A stretch of 64,000 bases of DNA. Source: an uncultured Gemmatimonadaceae bacterium. Its GTDB lineage: Bacteria > Gemmatimonadota > Gemmatimonadetes > Gemmatimonadales > Gemmatimonadaceae. Shown piece after piece: positions 31,707 through 42,895 of the stretch. Under the pieces are notes generated by a model. The model was given only the letters and a program-made list of their open reading frames with translations, had not been told where the DNA came from and did not search any database. The stretch spans positions 1,728,001 to 1,792,000 of the forward strand of contig CAWJMB010000002.1 in the NCBI GenBank assembly GCA_963843845.1. The letters run 5' to 3'. Position 1 is the stretch's first letter, and every line of letters begins with the position of its first letter. Made by a program: the position numbers and the translations under genes.

Positions 31707-32990
31707 CGAACTGGAGCGAGTGGGACCGCTGCCCGCCGGGCGCGGCGCTGAGTGCGAGTGACCCCGAGATCGCCGCGCTGATCAGCGACGAGATCGCGCG
31801 GCAGAACGACGGGATCGAGCTGATCGCGAGCGAGAACTTCGTGTCGCCGGCCGTGCTCGAGGCCGTCGGGTCGCCGCTGACCAACAAGTACGCGGAGGGG
31901 CTCCCCGGGAAGCGCTACTACGGGGGATGCGAAGTCGTCGACCGGGTCGAGCAACTCGCGATCGACCGCGCGAAGCAGCTGTTCGGGGCCGACCATGCGA
32001 ACGTGCAGCCGCACTCGGGCGCGTCGGCGAACTTCGCGGTGTTCACGGCGTTCCTGAAGCCGGGCGACACCTTCCTCGGAATGGACCTGTCGAACGGGCG
32101 GGCACCTGACGCACGGCTCGCCGGTCAACTTCTCCGGGCTGCTCTACACGGCAGTCTCGTACGGCGTGACCGACGACGGGCTCCTCGACTACGACAGCGT
32201 GCGCGCGCAGGCACGCGCCCACCGGCCGAAGATGATCATCGCCGGATACAGCGCGTACTCCCGCACGATCGACTGGGAGGCCTTCGCGGACATCGCGACG
32301 GAAGTCGGCGCGATCTTCATGGTCGACATGGCGCACTTCGCGGGGCTCGCGGCGACGGGGGTGTATCCGTCGCCGGTGCCGTTCGCCGACGTCGTGACGA
32401 CGACGACGCACAAGACGCTGCGCGGCCCGCGCGGCGGGATGATCCTCTGCCGGGCGCAACATCAGAAGGCGATCGACAAGAGCGTGTTCCCGGGGGCGCA
32501 GGGTGGGCCGCTCGAGCACGTGATCGCCGCCAAGGCCGTGTCGTTCCGCGAGGCACTGCAGCCCGAGTTCACCGACTACTGCCGCCGCGTCGTCGCGAAC
32601 GCGCGGGCGCTCGCTGGCGCGCTGTCGCGACGCGGCTTCCACATCGTGTCGGGTGGCACCGACAACCATCTCATGCTCGTCGATCTGCGGAACCGTGGGC
32701 TGACGGGCAAGGTGGCGGAGAAGGCGCTCGACCAGGCGGGGATCACGGTGAACAAGAACACCGTCCCGAAGGAGACGCAGTCGCCGTTCGTGACGAGTGG
32801 CATCCGCATCGGAACGCCCGCGGTCACGACGCGCGGGTTCGGCGAGGCGGAGATGGAGGCGATCGCGGAGCTGATCGATCGCGTGCTGGGCGACGCGGCG
32901 AGCGACGCGACGCTGCGTGCGGTGCGGGGAGAAGTGAAGGCGCTCGCCGACCGCTTTCCGCTCTATCCGACCCCCGCGCCGGTGCACTGA
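31703..32990 (+). CDS. glyA: Serine hydroxymethyltransferase, frameshift near 32100
   Basis: [32 protein letters not shown] and SGIRIGTPA motifs. Confidence 0.95.
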
Positions 32991-33130
32991 CGCACGCTCG
33001 GTCAAGCGGTTGCGGGAGCACCCGGCAGCCGTCATGATTCGTCTCCAGCGCGGCGGCGCGCGGCACGCTCCTCACGGCGTCCGTGGCGCCGCCGCGCCTG
33101 ACTTGCGACCTGTCTTTCTGGAGCACGCCG

Positions 33131-33518
33131 TTGTCCGAGTTGGCGTTTCGCGACGGCATCATGGATCAGATCCGGCTGCGCGAGCCGCGCTTTCACGAGC
33201 GCGCATTCCTGTTCGTGCTGTCCGCGCTCGAATTCAGTCAGACGCGGCTCACCGAGCGGCGGCACGTCACGGGGGTCGAGCTGGCCGGCGCCTGCCGTGA
33301 CCTCGCGCTCGAGCGGTACGGTGTGGTGGCCCGCCTCGTCCTCGAACACTGGGGCGTTCGTCAGACGAGCGACATCGGCGACATCGTCTTCGCGCTCGTC
33401 GACCTCGGCCTGCTCGATCAGCCAGACGCACGACACGCGCGAGGACTTCCTCGGTGTGTTCGACTTCGATCAGGCGTTCGAGCGCGATTACCCGTGGAAC
33501 TGCGCGGCGCTCGGATGA
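33131..33518 (+). CDS. Minf_1886-like uncharacterised protein, frameshift near 33416
   Basis: AFLFVLSALE...HVTGVEL...YG..ARLVLEHWGV...DIGDIVF.LV...DT.EDF..VFDF pattern. Confidence 0.7.
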
Positions 33519-33712
33519 CGGCGCCGAGCGAGCTGCCAGCGTGCCGGAAGTGCAGCCAGGGCACGCTGCTCCCCCTGAGCGACTACGGCCGCGACGGTGC
33601 GCCGATCACGTACAAGGCGTGGGTGTGCAGTAATCCCGACTGCGGCTTCAACGTGCGAATCGACAACGGCGAGATCGGCTACGGCAGAACGATCGGCCCG
33701 TCGAGTAAGTAG
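33515..33712 (+). CDS. Small Cys4 zinc-ribbon protein (65 aa)
   Basis: CRKC...CSNPDC; ATGA overlap with the upstream stop. Confidence 0.7.
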   Translation: MTAPSELPACRKCSQGTLLPLSDYGRDGAPITYKAWVCSNPDCGFNVRIDNGEIGYGRTIGPSSK

Positions 33713-33731
33713 CGCCGTCCGCCGCTCGACC

Positions 33732-35327
33732 GTGCCGATCTCGGTGCTTTCGGCCGCCGAGGCCGCGGTGCTCGACCGGGCGACGATCGATGGGGGTGTG
33801 CCGTCGCGTGCGCTCATGCAGCGCGCGGGAGCGGCCGCGGCGGGAGAGATCGCCCGGCGGTACGGAGCGGCGCTGCGGCGTGGCGTCGCGGTCCACGCCG
33901 GCCCTGGCAACAACGGCGGCGACGCGTGGGTCCTCGCGGCGGCGCTCGCTCGGACGGGGGTTCGCGTCCGCGTCGCGCTGCATGGCGCCTCGGCCCCCCG
34001 AACCGACGACGCGCGGGCCGAGCGGGACACCTTCCTCGCCGCGCGCGACCGCGAGCTCGTCGATCTCGGACGGCTCGCGGCCGTCGAGACCGTCGCGGTC
34101 GACGACCAGCCCGACGGCAGCGAAGGCGTCGTCGTCGACGGCGTGCTCGGCATCGGCGCGCGGAGCGGGGCGCTCCCCGGGTGGGCGGCCGCCGCCGTGC
34201 GACAGATGCGTCGGGCGCGCGAACGCGGTGCCGTCGTCGTCGCGCTCGACGTGCCGACCGGACTCGACGCGACGACCGGGGCCGCGACCGACGACACGCT
34301 CGTCGCCGACCTCACCGTGACGTTCGCCGCGTTGAAGCGGGGACTGCTGATCGCGCGACACTACACCGGCGCCGTCGTCGTGCTCGACATCGGGATGCGC
34401 GATGCGCCGCTCGAGACGCCGCGGCTCGTCACGCCGCGCGACGTTCGCCGTGTCGTGCCGAGCATCCGTGCGGACGCGCACAAGGGCACGCGCGGCAAGC
34501 TCGCGATCGTCGGAGGCGGCGCGGGGATGGCCGGCGCGGCGGTGCTGGCTGCGCGCGCCGCGTCGGCGAGCGGCGCCGGCATGACGCGTCTCGTCGTCGC
34601 CGCGGAGAGCATCCTCGCCGCCCAGATGGCCGCGCCGGAATCGCTCGCCTCACCGTGGCCGGACGACGAGGAGTCGCTGCACCGCGCGGTCGCCTCGTGG
34701 GCAGACGTCGTCGTGATCGGCCCGGGGCTCGGGCGCGGCGATGCGACGCGCGCGCTCTGCGAGCGCGTGCTCACGACGTGGCGCGGGCCGACCGTGATCG
34801 ACGCGGACGCGATCACGCTGTTCGAGGGCGAGGTGGACCGGCTCGCCGAGCTGTTCGGCGGGCGGCCGGCGCTGCTCACCCCGCACCCGCTCGAGTGCGC
34901 GCGCCTCGCCGGGGTGGCGCTCGACGCAGTGCTCGCATCCCGATTCGAGATCGGCCAGCGAGCTCGCGCGGCGACTCGGCGCGACGGTGCTCCTGAAGGG
35001 AACGCCGACGTCGTCAGCGACGGCGCGACGCGCCTCGTATCGGCCGTGGGAACGCCGGCGCTGGGCACCGCGGGCAGCGGCGACGTGCTGGGCGGCATCG
35101 CGGCCGCGCTGCTCGCGGACGTGCCGGACGCCGCCGCGGTCGTCGAGCGCGCGGCGGCGGCGGCGTGGTGCCACGGACGCGCCGGCGAGATCGCGACCGC
35201 GCGGCGCGGCGGCGTGCGTGGAACCACGCTGCACGACGTCGTCGATGCGCTCGCCGAGGCGTGGCACGGAGAGGTGCCGGCCGCGCCGTACCCGGCGCTC
35301 GCGGAACTGCCGGCCGTCGCCGGATGA
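33732..35327 (+). CDS. nnr: Bifunctional NAD(P)H-hydrate epimerase/dehydratase, short compensated frameshift near 34960-35015
   Basis: GNNGGD, DVPTG, HKGTRG, GPGLG, DADA, LTPHPLE and GSGDVL motifs. Confidence 0.9.
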   Translation: MPISVLSAAEAAVLDRATIDGGVPSRALMQRAGAAAAGEIARRYGAALRRGVAVHAGPGNNGGDAWVLAAALARTGVRVRVALHGASAPRTDDARAERDTFLAARDRELVDLGRLAAVETVAVDDQPDGSEGVVVDGVLGIGARSGALPGWAAAAVRQMRRARERGAVVVALDVPTGLDATTGAATDDTLVADLTVTFAALKRGLLIARHYTGAVVVLDIGMRDAPLETPRLVTPRDVRRVVPSIRADAHKGTRGKLAIVGGGAGMAGAAVLAARAASASGAGMTRLVVAAESILAAQMAAPESLASPWPDDEESLHRAVASWADVVVIGPGLGRGDATRALCERVLTTWRGPTVIDADAITLFEGEVDRLAELFGGRPALLTPHPLECARLAGVALDAVLASRFEIGQRARAATRRDGAPEGNADVVSDGATRLVSAVGTPALGTAGSGDVLGGIAAALLADVPDAAAVVERAAAAAWCHGRAGEIATARRGGVRGTTLHDVVDALAEAWHGEVPAAPYPALAELPAVAG

Positions 35328-36276
35328 GCCCACGCGCCTCGGCCCCGGCGCGGAGTTCGACGTCGTGCGGAGGCTGACGGCGCGGTGGGGATCGCTCGCG
35401 CGCGGCATCGGCGACGACGCGGCGGTGCTCGACGTGCCGGCTGCGCGAGCGCCTCGTCGTGAGCACGGACACGTCGGTCGAGGGCGTGCACTTCCGGCGC
35501 GAATGGCTCTCGCCGGAAGAGATCGGCTGGCGCGCGACGACCGCCGCACTCAGCGATCTCGCGGCGATGGGGGCGAAGCCGTTAGGCGTGCTGCTCGCAC
35601 TCAGCGTTCCTGCGTCGTGGCGCGCCGTGCTCGACGCGCTCACCGACGGCGTGGGCGGGGCGGTCGGCGCGGCCGGCACGCAGGTCGTCGGCGGCGACCT
35701 CACGGCGGGGGACGCGCTGGTGTTGGGCATCACCGTCGTCGGCGTCGCGGCGCGCCCGGTGCTCCGCAGCGGCGCGCAGGTCGGCGACGCCCTCTGGGTC
35801 ACCGGGCGGCTCGGCGGACCGCGCGCCGCGCTCGCGCGACTGCTCGCGGGCGGCACGCCACCGCCCCGAGCATCGCGCGCGGTTCGCACGCCCGCAGGCG
35901 AGGATCGCGGAAGGGAGCTTGCTCGCCGCAGCTGGGCGCGACGGCGATGATCGACGTCTCCGACGGACTCGTCGCCGATCTGCGCCACGTCGCAGCGGCG
36001 AGCGGCGTGCACGCTCGTCGTCGACGCCGCGCGCGTTCCGCTCGCCGACGACGTGACGCGAGACGACGCGCTCGCCGGCGGCGAGGAGTACGAGCTCGCG
36101 TTCACGATGCCGAGCGCGGTCGACGTGGTCGCCGCGTTCGCGACGCGTCCGTTCGCGGTGCCGGTCATGGCGATCGGCACGGTCGAGCGCGCGACGGACG
36201 ACGCGGCCGACGGCGTGGTGGTGAGCGGGGTGGATCGCGTTGACCTGCCGTCCGGGCACGACCACTTTTCGCGCTG

Positions 36277-36277
<1 letters not shown>
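35324..36277 (+). CDS. thiL: Thiamine-phosphate kinase, frameshifted
   Basis: GIGDDAA, TD..VEGVHF, SDLAAMG, GGD, MIDVSDGL, GGEEYEL and C-terminal GHDHF motifs. Confidence 0.9.
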
Positions 36278-38691
<2,414 letters not shown>

Positions 38692-38704
38692 CTCGTCGCC
38701 GGGG

Positions 38705-38732
38705 TTGACGTTGCAGTCGACGCGGCTACATT
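38705..38732 (+). promoter_or_regulatory. Sigma70-type promoter for tRNA-fMet
   Basis: TTGACG-N16-TACATT, ending 11 nt before the tRNA. Confidence 0.65.
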
Positions 38733-38743
38733 TCGCAGACCAA

Positions 38744-38817
<74 letters not shown>

Positions 38818-38831
38818 TCTGGAACGCGTCG

Positions 38832-38868
38832 ATGGAACGGCCGGCTCCGTAGCCGGCCGTTCCATTTT
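38832..38868 (+). terminator. Intrinsic terminator after tRNA-fMet
   Basis: ATGGAACGGCCGGCT-CCGT-AGCCGGCCGTTCCAT followed by TTT. Confidence 0.75.
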
Positions 38869-38903
38869 CACCCGGAACGCTTTAGGCTTTCCGGTCGCAG
38901 TAC

Positions 38904-38977
38904 GGCAGGGTAGCTCAGCCGGTTAGAGCACGGCACTCATAATGCCGGGGTCGCGGGTTCGAGTCCCGCCCCTGCTA
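38904..38977 (+). tRNA. tRNA with CAT anticodon (probably elongator Met; Ile2 not excluded)
   Basis: GGCAGGG/CCCTGCT acceptor, CGGCA-CTCATAA-TGCCG anticodon arm, GGTTCGAGTCC. Confidence 0.92.
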
Positions 38978-38978
38978 T

Positions 38979-39015
38979 GCGGGGACCGATTGGCGTCGCG
39001 CCAGTCGGTCCCCGC
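38979..39015 (+). terminator. Hairpin after tRNA-Met
   Basis: GCGGGGACCGATTGGCG-TCG-CGCCAGTCGGTCCCCGC followed by TGTT. Confidence 0.6.
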
Positions 39016-39191
39016 TGTTCGTGGGGCAAACGCCCAGCGCGGTCGGCTGAGGCCGACCGCGCTGGGTGCCCTGCGACTACTGCTTCGAGTACGAACGGCG
39101 GGGCTCGGAGCCCCGCCACAATCACGGTAGCGTCCGCTGACGACTCGGTCAGCGTGGTTGGGAGCCGAGTGTGACGCGTCTCACGAACGCG
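39013..39191 (+). ncRNA. Putative structured ncRNA, copy A of an unassigned motif
   Basis: Closing stem 39017-39027/39178-39188 encloses four hairpins; shares sequence blocks with 46283-46415 (-). Confidence 0.55.
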
Positions 39192-39359
39192 ACACATGTT
39201 TCCGGATGAGCGCCCGGTGGCGGGGCGTGGTCGCGCGGGGGAGGCACGGCGTCGAGCGCGGCATGCTGCGTCCGCGTCGAGGTCACATCGCAACGCGGGC
39301 AGGTCGCTCCAGGCGGTAGCCGCACCCGGGTATCGGGAGGCGCGCGTAGATTGCGACGC

Positions 39360-40487
39360 ATGGAAGCGAAACGCATCCCCGGCACACCGACCGGCACGGA
39401 GCCGCGCGCCCGCGCGGCCGTCGCGATCGTCGATACGCGCCCCGCCACCGATCGCGCCGCCGCCGCGCCGAGCGTGGGGAGACCGAGCGCGCCGACACCG
39501 AGCGCGCCGACACCGCGCGCGCCGACACCGGACGACCACGTCGCGCGCAACACCGGCACCCCGCTCGACCTCGACGTCGTACGCTCGCTGCGCGTGAATC
39601 GCAGCGCGGTCGAGCGCCGCGCCGCGACGCTGCCGGCGCGCCGCACGGTGAAGAAGGAGTGGCAGGCGGCGTGGTTGCTCCGAGCGATCACCTGCATCGA
39701 CCTCACGACGCTCTCCGGCGACGACACGCCGAGCAACGTGCTCCGGCTGTGCGCGAAAGCGCGGCGGCCGGTGCGCGACGATCTGCTCGACGCGTTAGGC
39801 GTGCGCGATCTCGACATCACGGTCGGCGCGGTGTGCGTCTATCACGCCTACGTCGCCACCGCCGTGCGTGCGCTGCGAGGCTCGGACATCCCCGTCGCCG
39901 CCGTCTCGACCGGATTCCCCGCTGGCCTGTCGCCGCTGCGCGAGCGGATCGCCGAGATCCGCGCGTCGGTCGAGGACGGCGCGACGGAGATCGACATCGT
40001 CGTCACGCGTGCGCACGTGCTGCGCGGGGAGTGGAGCGCGCTCCACGACGAAGTCGCCGCGTTCCGCGAGGCGTGCGGCGATGCGCATCTGAAGGCGATC
40101 CTCGCGACTGGCGAGCTCGCGACGCTCACGAACGTCGCGCGGGCGAGCGAGGTGGCGATGATGGCCGGCGCGGATTTCATCAAGACGTCCACCGGAAAGG
40201 AGCCGATGAACGCGACGCTGCCGTACGGAATCGTCATGTGCCGTGCGATCCGCGCGTACCACGAGCGGACGGGTGCCCACGTCGGCTTCAAGCCCGCGGG
40301 CGGCATCCGCAGCGCGAAGCAGGCGCTCGAATATCAGTTCCTCATGAAAGAGGAGCTCGGCGACCGCTGGCTCCGCCCCGACCTCTTCCGACTCGGCGCG
40401 AGCGCGCTGCTGACGGACATCGAGCGGCAGCTCGAGCACTTCGTGACCGGACGGTACGCTGCGGCGCACCGTCAGCCGATGGTCTGA
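39360..40487 (+). CDS. deoC: Deoxyribose-phosphate aldolase with a low-complexity N-terminal extension
   Basis: IDLTTLSGDD, GAVCVY, GFPAG, EIDIV, KAIL, DFIKTSTGK and GFKPAGGI motifs. Confidence 0.93.
   Translation: MEAKRIPGTPTGTEPRARAAVAIVDTRPATDRAAAAPSVGRPSAPTPSAPTPRAPTPDDHVARNTGTPLDLDVVRSLRVNRSAVERRAATLPARRTVKKEWQAAWLLRAITCIDLTTLSGDDTPSNVLRLCAKARRPVRDDLLDALGVRDLDITVGAVCVYHAYVATAVRALRGSDIPVAAVSTGFPAGLSPLRERIAEIRASVEDGATEIDIVVTRAHVLRGEWSALHDEVAAFREACGDAHLKAILATGELATLTNVARASEVAMMAGADFIKTSTGKEPMNATLPYGIVMCRAIRAYHERTGAHVGFKPAGGIRSAKQALEYQFLMKEELGDRWLRPDLFRLGASALLTDIERQLEHFVTGRYAAAHRQPMV
39483..39530 (+). repeat. 15-bp tandem repeat, about 3 copies (PSAPT), in the deoC N-terminus
   Basis: CCGAGCGCGCCGACA twice, then CCGCGCGCGCCGACA. 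Confidence 0.8.
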
Positions 40488-40493
40488 CGCGCC

Positions 40494-42878
40494 ATGACGA
40501 CAGTCGCAGAGATCTTCCAGACGATGGAGTACGGGCCAGCGCCCGAGGCCGACGCCCCCGCGCGTGCGTGGCTCGACCGGCACGACGGCGCGTTCGGGCA
40601 GTACATCGACGGCCGGTGGACGCGCGTCGACGAGAGCGCCCTGTTCGACGTGTCGGAGCCGGCGACCGGCAAGCGGCTCGCCCGCGTGTCGCAGGGAAGC
40701 GACGCGGACGTCGACGCGGCGGTGCAGGCGGCGCGGCGTGCCCTGCCGGCGTGGAAGGCGTTAGGCGGGCACGGACGAGCGCGGTACCTGTACGCACTCG
40801 CGCGCGCGGTGCAGAAGCACGCGCGGCTGCTCGCCGTCGTCGAGACGATGGACAACGGCAAGTCGATCCGCGAGACGCGCGACATCGACGTGCCGCTCGT
40901 CGCGCGGCACTTCTATCACCACGCCGGATGGGCGCAGTTGCTCGACAGCGAGTTCGCCGGCTACGAAGGCGCGGGCGTCGTCGGGCAGATCATTCCCTGG
41001 AACTTCCCCCTCCTGATGCTCGCGTGGAAGGTCGCGCCGGCGCTCGCCGCGGGGTGCACGGTGGTCCTGAAGCCGGCGGAGTTCACACCCCTGACGGCAC
41101 TCGCTTTCGCCGAGCTGGCGCACGAGGTGGGGCTGCCGGAAGGCGTGCTCAACATCGTCACCGGCGACGGCGAGACGGGGAAGGCGCTCGTCGCGCACGA
41201 CGCCGTCGACAAGCTCGCGTTCACCGGCTCGACGGAGGTCGGCCGCGTCATCCGAGCGGCGACCGCTGGGAGCGGCAAGAAGCTGTCGCTCGAGTTGGGC
41301 GGCAAGAGCCCGTTCGTCGTGTTCGACGACGCGGACCTCGACAGCGTCGTCGAAGGCGTCGTGGACGCCATCTGGTTCAACCAGGGACAGGTGTGCTGCG
41401 CCGGCTCGCGGCTGCTCGTGCAGGAAGGCGTCGCCGACGCGCTGTACGACAAGCTGCGCGCCCGCATGGAGCGGTTGCGGCTCGGCAGCCCGCTCGACAA
41501 GGCCATCGACATCGGTGCCATCGTCGCGCCGGTGCAGCTCGAGCGCATTCGCGGCCTCGTCGAGCAGGGGCAGCGCGAAGGCGCGACGATGTGGCAGCCG
41601 TCGTGGGCGTGTCCCACCGAAGGCTGCTTCTACCCGCCGACGCTCTTCACCGACGTGAACCCGTCGGCCACGATCGCGCAGACGGAGATCTTCGGCCCCG
41701 TGCTGGTGGCCATGACGTTCCGCACGCCGGCCGAATCGATCACGCTCGCGAACAACACACCGTACGGCCTCGCGGCGAGCGTGTGGAGCGAGAACATCAA
41801 CCTCGCGCTCGACGTCGCGCCGAAGCTCAAGTGCGGCGTGGTCTGGGTGAACTCGACGAATCTGTTCGATGCCGCGGCGGGGTTCGGCGGGTATCGCGAG
41901 AGCGGATTCGGGCGGGAGGGGGGACGCGAGGGTATGTGGGAGTATCTGAAGCCCATTGCCGGAGATCGGGGATCCGGGGTCGCAGAACGCTCGACCAGTC
42001 CCTCCTCCACGATCCCGCCTGCCCGATCTCCGGGTGTCCCGCCGATCGACCGCACGCCCAAGCTCTACATCGGCGGGAAGCAGGCGCGCCCCGACTCGGG
42101 CTACAGCCGGCGCGTCGTCGGTGCGAGCGGCGAGACGTTAGGCGCGGTCGGCGAGGGGAACCGCAAGGACGTGCGCAACGCGGTCGAGGCGGCGCACGCG
42201 GCGTCGAGCTGGGCGCGCGCGACCGGACATGCGCGCGCGCAGATCCTCTACTACACGGCCGAGAACCTCGCCGCCCGCGCCGAGGAGTTCGCGCGTCGGC
42301 TCGACGCGGTCGGCGGGCGCGGGGACGGTGCGACCGAGGTCGAGGCGTCGATCGCGCGGCTGTTCACGTACGCCGCCTGGGCCGACAAGTACGATGGCGC
42401 GGTGCACAACGTCCCCATCCGCGGCGTGGCGCTCGCGATGCACGAGGCGATCGGCGTCGTCGGCGTCGCCTGCCCCGACGAGGCGCCGCTCCTCGGGTTC
42501 GTGTCGCTCGTCGCACCGCTCGTCGCGATGGGGAACGCCGTCGTCGCGATCCCCTCGGAGTCCGGCAGCCTCGCCGCGACCGACCTCTACTCCGTGCTCG
42601 ACACGAGCGATGTGCCGGGCGGCGTGATCAACATCGTGACCGGCGACCGCGAGTCGCTCGCGAAGACGCTCGCCGAGCACGACGACGTGGACGCGATGTG
42701 GTACTTCGGCACGCGTGACGGCGCCCGCGCCGTCGAACTGGCCTCCGCGTCGAACATGAAACGCACGTGGACGGAGTGGGCGCCGCGCGAGTGGGGCGAC
42801 GCGCGGGTCGGGGAGGGGCGCCCCTTCCTCCGTCAGGCAACCCAGGTCAAGAACGTCTGGATTCCGTACGGCGAGTAG
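40494..42878 (+). CDS. Two-domain aldehyde dehydrogenase (ALDH16-like)
   Basis: PWNFP, FTGST, LELGGKS, GQVCCAG and EIFGP, followed by a second ALDH-like domain lacking the catalytic motifs. Confidence 0.92.
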   Translation: MTTVAEIFQTMEYGPAPEADAPARAWLDRHDGAFGQYIDGRWTRVDESALFDVSEPATGKRLARVSQGSDADVDAAVQAARRALPAWKALGGHGRARYLYALARAVQKHARLLAVVETMDNGKSIRETRDIDVPLVARHFYHHAGWAQLLDSEFAGYEGAGVVGQIIPWNFPLLMLAWKVAPALAAGCTVVLKPAEFTPLTALAFAELAHEVGLPEGVLNIVTGDGETGKALVAHDAVDKLAFTGSTEVGRVIRAATAGSGKKLSLELGGKSPFVVFDDADLDSVVEGVVDAIWFNQGQVCCAGSRLLVQEGVADALYDKLRARMERLRLGSPLDKAIDIGAIVAPVQLERIRGLVEQGQREGATMWQPSWACPTEGCFYPPTLFTDVNPSATIAQTEIFGPVLVAMTFRTPAESITLANNTPYGLAASVWSENINLALDVAPKLKCGVVWVNSTNLFDAAAGFGGYRESGFGREGGREGMWEYLKPIAGDRGSGVAERSTSPSSTIPPARSPGVPPIDRTPKLYIGGKQARPDSGYSRRVVGASGETLGAVGEGNRKDVRNAVEAAHAASSWARATGHARAQILYYTAENLAARAEEFARRLDAVGGRGDGATEVEASIARLFTYAAWADKYDGAVHNVPIRGVALAMHEAIGVVGVACPDEAPLLGFVSLVAPLVAMGNAVVAIPSESGSLAATDLYSVLDTSDVPGGVINIVTGDRESLAKTLAEHDDVDAMWYFGTRDGARAVELASASNMKRTWTEWAPREWGDARVGEGRPFLRQATQVKNVWIPYGE

Positions 42879-42895
42879 CGGTCCGCGCGACGCGC

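Noticed and set aside
39137..39172. CTGACGA followed by a stem read as a hammerhead ribozyme
   Set aside because: No GAAA follows the stem, and the segment pairs within the larger RNA motif
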